Shown here: piece after piece, positions 16,367-26,729 of the stretch | Position numbering within the stretch: the stretch's first letter is position 1 | Layout of the letters: each line of letters opens with the position of its first letter | From: the human T2T-CHM13v2.0 reference genome, Homo sapiens | DNA length: 64,000 nt | Reading direction: 5' to 3' (one strand) | NCBI RefSeq assembly: GCF_009914755.1 | Contig: NC_060933.1 | Position numbers and translations under genes: made by a program | The notes under the pieces: model-generated | The model's database searches: none | What the model was told of the DNA's origin: nothing | The model's input: only the letters and a program-made list of their open reading frames with translations

Positions 16367-16672
16367 GTCCGGGTGCGGTGGCTCATGCCTGTAATCCCAG
16401 CACTTTGGGAGGCCAAGGTGGGTGGATCTGTAGGTCAGGAGTTCAAGACCAGCCTGGCCAACATGGTGAAACCCCGTCTCTACTAAAACTACAAAAATTA
16501 GCTGGGCGTGGTAGCAAGCACCTGTAATCCCAGCTACTCAGGAGGCTGAAGCAGGATAATCACTTGAACCTTGGCAGCAGAGGTTGCAGTGAGCTGAGAT
16601 CACGCCACTGCACTCCAGCCTAGGCGACAGAGTAAGACTCTGTCTCAAACAAAACAAAACAAAACAAAAAAA
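16367..16672 (+). mobile_element. AluS with (CAAAA)n tail
   Basis: Sense Alu flanked by a gtgaagct TSD remnant. Confidence 0.9.
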
Positions 16673-18263
16673 CCGTGAAGCTAAAGGAAACTCATGATTG
16701 AGATGAACAGGTATGGCTCATTTTAGTGAACACTTAGATTTACAGAATATATGCAAATCAGACTTTCCAATGATTAATATTAGTATTTAAGACTGATAAA
16801 TTTTCAAAAGGGCAGTTAAAGCTTATCTCTTATTGTTTTCTACCTTCAGAAATGCTTTTGCTTGAAAGGTGGGAGGAAAAGCTTCAATAAGATTAAGTCC
16901 TACTATTCCCATTTTAAATCTCTCATCTTGCTGAGGCAGAACAGGTAAACAAAGTTTTTAAGTATGGAAGGGTCCTGGGAGATAGTGCAAAAAGTCTGCT
17001 ACATAACATATTCAGGTTATGTTTGATGAATAAATGGATTGATAGAATAGAGTTGGGGAGCTCAATATTTTTAAATACAACTTCTATAAACCAATATTTT
17101 TGTGATAGTAATAATATTTGCTATTTGTTATTTTTATAAGACTACAACTATAATGAAATTATTAATCTATCATTGTTTGCCTATATGTAATGAATCTATA
17201 CATAAGAAAAACATATACACATAATAAAGTATATACATAAAATCTGCAAGCAGATAAAAAGATTCCCTTTTTACTTCTGAAGAAGCTAAAAGTTCAAACA
17301 AGATAACAACCCTCACAATAATAATGATAAAAAATAGTGAGAAATTATTTTTATCTATACAAGATTCACATTTCTCTCTTCCCAAAATTTATTCCATTAA
17401 TAATATATTTTTACTAGAAATTTTATAAATGCTCACTTCAGAAATCAAACGTAAGAAAAAGGAACAAAAAACTTTAAAATACAAATGCTCAGAAGTTACA
17501 AATTTTATCCTATTTTGTACATAGTTTTACCTAACACCAGACCATAGTATGTTTGTGTGTATGTGCAAGCAAACTGATTTCTTTTTCCTCACTGGCTGTA
17601 ACAAAATGCATTTTCACACATCAACATACTTCTCTACCTATTGCCACCTTCAATGGCCACATATCCGTTCTATGGGTTCTTGTTAACATAAATGCTGGGG
17701 AAAAAAGTGCATGTATCTCTATTTTCTGAAGGTATTTTATTACAATGGAATTGATGGGTAAAGGGCATATACATTTTTAAAATGTGGTAATTATCTCCAA
17801 ATTATCCACTTGAAAAGTCATCAGCAAGTTAAACTTCAAGCAGCAGTGTAAGTGCCACTGCTCTTTATTCTCACAAACACTGTGGATGGAAAACAGTCTC
17901 ATTCCTCTTTTAACTTAAATTCTCTTATGAGAAACACTAAGGAATTTTTCCTATGTACATAAGTAACTTGTGGATCTGCAAAAAGTACTTTGCTCACTTT
18001 TAGACTTCTTTTCTTTCGGATTTGATTGGAAAGAATTCCCTGTAAAATAAAGTTGTGCTTTTTATCTGTATATATATATAACTGATATATATAACATTAT
18101 ATTAGTAATACATACAATTTGTTATACATATAATCAGTAATATATATATTATATATAATAAAGAATAAATTCCCTGTAGGATGAAGATACACTTTTCATC
18201 TGAATACATATTTTTATATATTAGTAAAAATATATATGGTAAATATTTTTCAGGTGTGTTATC

Positions 18264-18737
18264 TGTCAGGCCTCTGAGCCTAAGCCAAGCCATCGCATCC
18301 TCTGTGACTTGCACGTATACGCCCAGATGGCCTGAAGTAACTGAAGAATCACAAAAAAAGTGAATATGCCTTGCCCCACCTTAACTGATGACATTCCACC
18401 ACAAAAGAAGTGTAAATGGCCGGTCCTTGCCTTAACTGATGACATTACCTTGTGAAAGTCCTTTTCCTGGCTCAAAAAGCACCCCTACTGAGCACCTTGC
18501 AACCCCTACTCCTGCCCACTGAGCACCTTGCGACCCCAACTCCTACCCGCCAGAGAACAAACCCCCTTTGACTGTAATTTTCCTTTACCTACCTAAATCT
18601 TACAAAACGGCCCCACCTTTATCTCCCTTGGCTGACTCTCTTTTCGGACTCAGCCCACCTGCACCCAGGTGAAATAAACAGCCATGTTGCTCACACAAAG
18701 CCTGTTTGGTGGTCTCTTCACACGGACACACATGAAA
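18264..18737 (+). promoter_or_regulatory. 5' LTR7 (474 bp)
   Basis: Duplicated CACAAAAGAAGTG blocks, a ~31-bp internal duplication, TATA box altered to TACAAAA (18601), and AATAAA in R. Confidence 0.95.
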
Positions 18738-18739
18738 TT

Positions 18740-18757
18740 TGGTGCCGTGACTCGGAT
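18740..18757 (+). other. tRNA-His primer-binding site
   Basis: TGGTGCCGTGACTCGGAT directly after the 5' LTR. Confidence 0.95.
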
Positions 18758-18880
18758 CGGGGGACCTCCCTTGGCAGATCAATCCCCTGTCCTCCTGCTC
18801 TTTGCTCCATGAGAAAGATCCACCTACGACCTCGGGTCCTCAGACCGACCAGCCCAAGAAACATCTCACCAATTTCAAAT

Positions 18881-18889
18881 CCGGTAAGC
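18881..18889 (+). promoter_or_regulatory. HERV-H major splice donor
   Basis: CCG|GTAAGC about 145 nt downstream of the LTR. Confidence 0.8.
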
Positions 18890-19189
18890 GGCCTCTTTTT
18901 ACTCTCTTCTCCGACCTCCCTCACTATCCCTCAACCTCTTTCTCCTTTCAATCTTGGCGCCACACTTCAATCTCTCCCTTCTCTTAATTTCAATTCCTTT
19001 CATTTTCTGGTAGAGACAAAAGAGACATGTTTTATCCGTGAACCCAAAACTCCAGCGCCGGTCATGGACTAGGAAGGCAGCCTTCCCTTGGTGTTTAATC
19101 ATTGCAGAGACGCCTCTCTGATTATACACTCACGTTTCAAGGGTGTCAGACCACGCAGGGACACCTGCCTTGGTCCTTCACCCTTAGTG

Positions 19190-19445
19190 GCAAGGGCAAG
19201 TACCCCTCAACCCCTTCCCCTTCACCCTCAGCGGCAAGTCCCGCTTTCCTGGGGCAGGGGCAAGTACCCCTCAACCCCTTCCCCTTCACCCTCAGCGGCA
19301 AGTCCCGCTTTCCTGGGGCAGGGGCAAGTACCCCAACCCCTTCCCCTTCACCCTCAGCGGCAAGTCCCGCTTTCCTGGGGCAGGGGCAAGTACCCCCAAC
19401 CCCTTCTCCTTCACCCTTAGCAGCAAGTCCCGCTTTCCTAGGAGG
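19190..19445 (+). repeat. ~63-bp tandem repeat, about 4 copies, in the HERV-H leader
   Basis: ggggcaagtacccc(tc)aaccccttccccttcaccctcagcggcaagtcccgctttcctggggca is repeated. Confidence 0.9.
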
Positions 19446-20135
19446 CAAGAACCCCCAATCACTTATTTCCGCACCCCAACCTCTTATCTCTGTGCTTCAA
19501 TCCCTTATTTCTGCACCCTGACCTCTTATCTCTGTGCCCCAATCCCTTATTTCTGTGCCCCAACCCCTTCTCTGCTTTTCTGGAGGGCAAGAACCCCCCA
19601 CCCCTTCTCCGTGTCTCTACTCTTTTCTCTATGCTTGCCTCCTTCACTAAAGGTAAGCTTCCACCTTCCATTCCTCCTTCTTCTCCCTTAGCCTGTGTTC
19701 TCAAAAACTTAAAACCTCTTCAACTCACACCTGACCTAAAACCTAAATGCCTTATTTTCTTCTGCAATGCCGCTTGACCCCAGTACAAACTCGACAGTAG
19801 TTCCAAATAGCCAGAAAATGGCACTTTGAATTTTTCCATCCTGCAAGATCTAAATAATTCTTGTCATAAAATAGGCAAACGGTCTGAGGTGCCTGACGTC
19901 CAGGCATTCTTTTACACATCAGTCCCTTCCTAGTCTCTGTGCCCAGTGCAACTCGTCCCAAATCTTCCTTCTTTCCCTCCCGCCTGTCCCCTCAGTACCA
20001 ACCCCAAGTGTTGCTGAGTCTTTCTAATCTTCCTTTTCTACAGACCCATCTGACCTCTCCCTTCCTCCCCAGGCTGCTCCTCGCCAGGCCGAGCTAGGTC
20101 CCAATTCTTCCTCAGCCTCTGCTCCTCCACCCTAT

Positions 20136-20563
20136 AATCTTTTTATCACCTCCCATCCTCACACCTGGTCCGACTTACAGTTTCGTTCCGTGACTAGCCC
20201 TCCCCCACCTGCCCAGCAATTTACTCTTAAAACGGTGGCTGGAGCCAAAGGCATAGTCAAGGTTAATGCTCCTTTTTCTTTATCCCAAATCAGATAGTGT
20301 TTAGGCTCTTTTTCATCAAATATAAAAATCCAGCCCAGTTCATGACTTAAAATCTTTTTATCACCTCCCCTCCTCACACCTGGTCCGGCTTACAGTTTCG
20401 TTCCATGACTAGCCCTCCCCCTCCTGCCCAGCAATTTACTCTTAAAACGGTGGCTGGAGCCAAAGGCATAGTCAAGGTTAATGCTCCTTTTTCTTTATCC
20501 CAAATCAGATAGCGTTTAGGCTCTTTTTCATCAAATATAAAAATCCAGCCCAGTTCATGACTT
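20136..20563 (+). repeat. ~214-bp tandem duplication inside HERV-H gag
   Basis: aatctttttatcacctccc...ccagttcatgactt occurs at 20136-20348 and 20351-20563 with a few mismatches. Confidence 0.93.
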
Positions 20564-20879
20564 GTTTGGCAGCAACCCTAAGACACTTTACAGCCCTAGA
20601 CCCTAAAAGGTCAAAAGGCCGTCTTATTCTCAAAATACATTTTATTACCCAATCTGCTCCCGACATTAAATAAAACTCCAAAAATTAAATTCCGGCCCTC
20701 AAACCCCACAACAGGATTTAATTAACCTCGCCTTCAAGGTGTACCATAATAGAAAAAAGTTGCAATTCCTTGCCTCCACTGTGAGACAAACCCCAGCCAC
20801 ATCTTCAGCACACAAGAACTTCCAAACGCCTGGACCGTAGCAGCCAGGCGTTCCTCCAGAACCTCCTCCCACAGGAGCT

Positions 20880-22700
20880 TGCTACACGTGCCGGAAATCT
20901 GGCCACTGGGCCAAGGAATGCCCGCAGCCCAGGATTTCTCCTAAGCCATGTCCCATCTGTGTGGGACCCCACTGAAAATCGGACTGTTCAACTCACCTGG
21001 CAGCCACTCCCAGAGCTCCTGGAACTCTGGCCCAAGGCTCTCTGACTGACTCCTTCTTGGCTTACCGGCTGAAGACTGACGCTGCCTGATCGCCTCAGAA
21101 GCCCCGTAGACCATCACGGACGCCGAGCTTTAGGTAACTCACAGTGGAGGGTAAGTCCGTCCCCTTCTTAATCAATACGGAGGCTACCCACTCCACATTA
21201 CCTTCTTTTCAAGGGTCTGTTTCCCTTGCCTCCATAACTGTTGTGGGTATTGACAGCCAGGCTTCTAAACCTCTTAAAACTCCCCAACTCTGGTGCCAAC
21301 TTAGACAATACTCTTTTAAGCACTCCTTTTTAGTTATCCCCACCTGCCCAGTTCCCTTATTAGGCTGAGACACTTTCACTAAATTATCTGCTTCCCTGAC
21401 TATTCCTGGACTACAGCTATATCTCATTGCGGCCCTTCTTCCCAATCCAAAGCCTCCTTTGCGTCCTCCTCTTGTATCCCCCCACCTTAACCCACAAGTA
21501 TAAGATACCTCTACTCCCTCCTTGGCGACCGATCATGCACCCCTTACCATCTCATAAAAACCTAATCACCCTTACCCCACTCAACGCCAATATCCCATCC
21601 CGCAGCACACTTTAAAAAGATTAAAGCCTGTTATCACTCGCCTGCTACAGCATGGCCTTTCAAAGCCTATAAACTCTCCTTACAATTCCCCCATTTTACC
21701 TGTCCTAAAACCAGACAAGCCTTACAAGTTAGTTCAGGATCTGCGCCTTATCAACCAAATTGTTTTGCCTATCCACCCCGTGGTGCCAAACCCATATACT
21801 CTCCTATCCTCAACACCTGCCTCTACAACCCATTATTCTGTTCTAGATCTCAAACATGCTTTCTTTACTATTCCTTTGCACCCTTAATCCCAGCCTCTCT
21901 TCGCTTTCACTTGGACTGACCCTGACACCCATCAAGCTCAGCAAATTACCTAGGCTGTACTGCCGCAAAGCTTCACAGACAGCCCCCGTTACTTCAATCA
22001 AGCCCAAATTTCTTCCTCAACTGTTACCTACCTCGGCATAATTATCATAAAAACACACGTGCTCTCCCTGCCAATCGTGACCGACTGATCTCTCAAACCC
22101 AAGCATCTTCTACAAAACAACTCCTTTCCTTCCTAGGCATGATTAGCGCGGTCAGAATTTTTACACAAGAGCCAGGACCACACCCTGTAGCCTTTCTGTC
22201 CAAACAACTTGACCTTACTGTTTTAGCCTAGCCCTCATGTCTGCGTGCAGTGGCTACCGCTGCTTTAATACTTTTAGAGGCCCTCAAAATAAGTAGAGGC
22301 CTTTCCTACAGGGTCTGAGAAGGCCACCGCAGTCATTTCTTCCGTTCTGTCAGACATAATTCCTCAGTTTAGCCTTCCCACCTCAATACAGTCTGATAAC
22401 AGACGAGCCTTTATTAGTCAAATCAGGCAAGCAGTTTTTCAGGCTCTTAGTATTCAGTGAAACCTTTATATCCCTTATGGTCCTCCAACTTCAAGAAAAG
22501 TAAAATGGACTAAAGGTTTTTTAAAAACACACCTCACCAAGCTCAGCCACCAACTTAAAAAGGACTGGACAATACTTTTACCACTTTCCCTTCTCAGAAT
22601 TCAGGCCTGTCCTCGGAATGCTACAGGGTACAGCCCATTTGAGCTCCTATATAGACGCTCCTTTTTATTAGGCCCCAGTCTCATTCCAGACACCAGACCA
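20880..22700 (+). pseudogene. HERV-H gag zinc knuckles plus protease, RT and integrase remnants
   Basis: CYTCRKSGHWAKEC and CPICVGPH*KSDC; FLINTEATHS; LVQDLRLINQIV; VLPQSFTDSP; TGYSPFELLY; many stops and deletions. Confidence 0.88.
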
Positions 22701-23299
22701 ACTTAGACTGTGCCCCCAAAAAAACTTGTCATCCTTACTATCTTCTGTCTAGTCATACTCCTATTCACTGTTCTCAACTACTCATACATGCCCTGCTCTT
22801 GTTTACACTGCCGGTTTACACTGTTTTTCCAAGCCATCTCAGCTTATATCTCCTGGTGCTATCCCCAAACTGCCACTGTTAACTCTTGAAGTAAATAAAT
22901 AATCTTTGCTGGCAGGACTATGCTGAATCTCCTTAGGCACTCTCTAATCAGATATCCTGAGTCGTCCCAATTCTTAGACCTTTTATACCTGTTTTTCTCC
23001 TTCTGTTATTCCATTTAGTTTCTCAATTCATCCAAAACCGTATCCAGGCCATCACCAATCATTCTATATGACAAATGTTTCTTCTAACATCCCCACAATA
23101 TCACCCCTTACCACAAGACCTCCCCCTTCAGCTTAATCTCTCCCACTCTAGGTTCCCACGCCGCCCCTAATCCCGCTTGAAGCAGCCCTGAGAAACATCG
23201 CCCATTCTCTCTCCATACCACCCCCCAAAAAATTTTCCCCGCCCCAACACTTCAACACTATTTTGTTTTATTTTTCTTATAAATATAAGAAGGCAGGAA

Positions 23300-23783
23300 T
23301 GTCAGGCCTCTGAGCCCAAGCTAACCCGTCGCATCCCCTGTGACTTGCAGGTATATGCCCAGATGGCCTGAAGTAACTGAAGAATCACAAAAGAAGTGAA
23401 TATGCTTTGTCCCACCTTAACTGATGACATTCCATCACAAAAGAAGTGTAAATGGCTGGTCCTTGCCTTAACTGATGACATTACCTTGTGAAAGTCCTTT
23501 TCCTGGCTCATCCTGGCTCAAAAAGCACCCCCACTGAGCACCTTGTGACCCCCACTCCTGCCCACTGAGCACCTTGCGACCCCCACTCCTACCCACCAGA
23601 AAACAAACCCCCTTTGACTGTAATTTTCCTTTACCTTCCCAAATCCTATAAAACGACCCCACCCTTATCTCCCTTGGCTGACTCTCTTTTCGGACTCAGC
23701 CCACCTGCACCCAGGTGAAATAAACAGCCATGTTGCTCACACAAAGCCTGTTTGGTGGTCTCTTCACACGGACGCGCATGAAA
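23300..23783 (+). promoter_or_regulatory. 3' LTR7 (484 bp)
   Basis: Copy of the 5' LTR with intact TATAAAA (23647-23653) and both ACAAAAGA motifs. Confidence 0.95.
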
Positions 23784-24795
23784 TTATCTTTTGTTAATTT
23801 TTTTCTGATACACAGGGGATTTTAATTTTAGTTTGCTAAATCAATCTTCAGAATGCCTGCTTGTAAGGTCATTCTTAGGAAGGCCTCTGTTAACGTAAAA
23901 TGTATCTGTATAAATAAGTCTTTGTGTTTTCTTCTGGTACTTTTCTCATTTTGCATATGTAAAAATTTCAGTCGGAATTTCATCGGGAACTCATTTTTGC
24001 GACATAAAATTTCATTAGTTTTCTTCACACAGCAGGCATTTTATTAATAACTCATCCTTTCCTACTCATCTGAAATGTTACCATTATTAATCCCTGTGTA
24101 TATATCTTACATATATTTCAGTGTTTTTGGATTTCCTATTCTGTTCCATTTATTTATATGTGTTTTTAGCTGTTAGTAAATAATTGTGAGAATTAATAGC
24201 ACATTTTGATATCTAGAAGAGCAAGTCTTTTTTCACTCCATTATAAAAATTTTTAAATGTCATCACAATGGTAAGATAGACAGCAAGTGTCATGCAAAAA
24301 TGATAAAACCTTGATTTTTCATTCGGTTTATGTAAAACTGATAAACATATTAAGAGCTCACATTTTGAGAAAACTGAGTCTTCTCATTCAAGGAACCCAC
24401 CTCCCACTTCCAAGTGTCCCTCTAAGAAGCCCCAGTAAAGAACCTATCTACCTAGGTGGATTCGGATGTAAAACCCACACAGGGTTTAATCTGAGAACTC
24501 TTCGCCTACTGAAAATGGCTCATGGTATTTTTGACATGGGAATGAGTTCTCATTAGGCACCTCCCTATCATGTATATAGCTCCATGTAAACATGGATATA
24601 CTTAACTTTGTGAGTTAAATCACTCAAATTATCCACCAAGCGCTACAGGCGGGAAATTGCCAGGGATGGAAAGCAGCTGAGGCTCCATTTGGCTCCGCGG
24701 CTCCAGGGCCCGGCGACCTCCAAGGCCCCCGCCTCAGGCGCTGCGGGCAAACAGGGCCTGGGGGCCCCCTCCCACCGCGGGCTGAGCCCCCGCTA

Positions 24796-25014
<219 letters not shown>

Positions 25015-25399
25015 TCAGACGCCAACCACCCGCTACTGAGCCGCCGCGGCTCCTCGTGGCCTTTCCACCCCGACCAAGTTCCAAATCCGCGATCCCCCTC
25101 CCCACCCCGCTATCCACCCCTAAATCCAAGATCCACCACCAAACCAGCAATCCACCCCCAAACCCAAGATCCACCCCCAACCCCGCGATGTAGCTCAGAA
25201 TCCGCGATCCAGCCCGGTCCACCACAGCCTTCAGCAGCGACACTCGCAGCCTCCGACCTCTCAGACCGAGTGAGCTTAACTAAGCCGTTACTCGCGTGCC
25301 AGCAGTTGGGCGCTCCGACCTCTCAGACCGCGTGAGCCCAGCAAAGCGGTTAGGCGCGCGCCTGCAGCTCGGCGCTAGCCCGGACTCCGGAAGCCGCTC

Positions 25400-26535
25400 T
25401 CGAGCTCGCGTGGACGGCAGAGGGCGGCTGCAGCTCGGGCGCAGGCGCCGCTGGCTTGCGGGTTCTCCTGGGCTCGCGCAGGACATCCCGGAATCGCAGG
25501 CGCGCATCCCTTCCCGCCTGAGGGCCCGCCTGGCCGTGACTCCCGCTCCTCTCCTCCTCCGAAGAGAGATGGGGCCGCTGGCAGGGGCTCTCCGCAGCCA
25601 CCGGGGATGGGGCTGAGGGTCGGTTCCTGCCCCGGTGCAGCCGCCGCGGGCAGACCGCCTGGCTTGGCCGCAGCCACAGCGACATCTAGCCCCGGTTCTG
25701 CGAGGCTGGGCGCGCCAGCCAGCTTGGGAGTTGCCTGGCGCCTGTAGCTGGGCGCCCAGGTGGTGGAGCATGGCCTGGGCGGCCTCTGGATCGCGAGTGC
25801 CCCTGGCCTGAGAGCCCGCCAGACCCTGCCCCCACCCGGCTCCTCCTCTGCCAGAGCTCGAGACCTCTAGCCAGGGGCCCTCTGCAACCACCGGGGATGG
25901 GGCTGAGGGCCGGTTCCCGCCCCTGTGCAGCTGCTGCAGGACAGACCGCCTGGCTTGGCCGCAGCCACAGGGACATCTGGCCCTGGTTCTGAGATGTGGG
26001 GAGTGCGGGCGGGCTCGAGAGTTGCCTGGAGGCTGCTGCCTGCACACAGAAGGCGGCTGCAGCTTGGGTGCCCAGGCGGGCTGGAGGTGCATGGCCTGGT
26101 CGGCCTCGGGATCGCCAGCGCGCCCAGCCTGAGGGCCCCCAGGTCGTGCCTCCCGCCCACTCCTCCACCTGAGGGGGTTTGGGGCCGCTGGCATGGGCAC
26201 TCGGCAGTCACCCCGTGTGGGGTTGAGCGGCGGGTTCTCGGTTCTGCTCCTGTGCAGCCGCCGCTGGGCAGAATGCCTGGCTTGGCTGCAGCCACTGGGA
26301 CACCTGGCCCTGGTTCTGCGATGCTGGGAGCGCGAGCGGGCTCGGAGGTTGCCAGGCAGCTGCTGCCTGCACACAGAGGGCGACTGCAGCTTGGGCGCCC
26401 AGGCGGCGGAGCATGGTCTGGGTGGCCTCTGGAATGCGTGCGCGCCAGACCTGAGGGCCCTCCTGCTGGTGCCACCTGACCCGGTCTTCCTCTGCTGGAG
26501 CCTGGAGCAGCTGGAATGGCCACTCTGCAGTCACA
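25400..26535. repeat. GC-rich tandem repeat, ~290-320 bp period, about 3.5 diverged copies
   Basis: ccaccggggatggggctgaggg...gcctggcttggccgcagccac...ggttctg recurs at ~25598, ~25887 and ~26209. Confidence 0.85.
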
Positions 26536-26729
26536 GGGGATAGAGTTAAGTTTTCTTATCCCAGGCATGCACACAAAAAGGTAACTATTCTGTGAGGTAA
26601 TTAACATGTTAATTGACTTCATTTTGGTAATCATTTCAGAATGTGCATATAAACGCATCACATGTACAATTTTCTCTATTACACCTCAGTAAAGCTGAAA
26701 TAATTAACAGGATCGAAAGGATAAACCCA

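Larger units (their letters stand above)
18264..23783 (+). mobile_element. HERV-H provirus with two LTR7 and an internally deleted gag-pro-pol, env largely absent
   Basis: TGTCAGG...CATGAAA LTRs at both ends; 5-bp TSD ttatc (18259-18263 and 23784-23788); His PBS; PPT aagaaggcaggaa at 23287-23299. Confidence 0.97.

Noticed and set aside
18740-18757. tRNA-His gene
   Set aside because: Only the 18-nt complementary PBS is present, with no cloverleaf.
19190-19445. CRISPR-like array
   Set aside because: The units are contiguous with no unique spacers, there are no cas genes, and the DNA is primate.
19088-19521. Proline-rich ORFs of 100-139 aa
   Set aside because: They are translations of the HERV-H leader tandem repeat.
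25280-26661. Long ORFs (364, 264, 184 and 160 aa) on both strands
   Set aside because: Stop-poor GC-rich tandem repeats open several frames at once, and no domain is recognisable.
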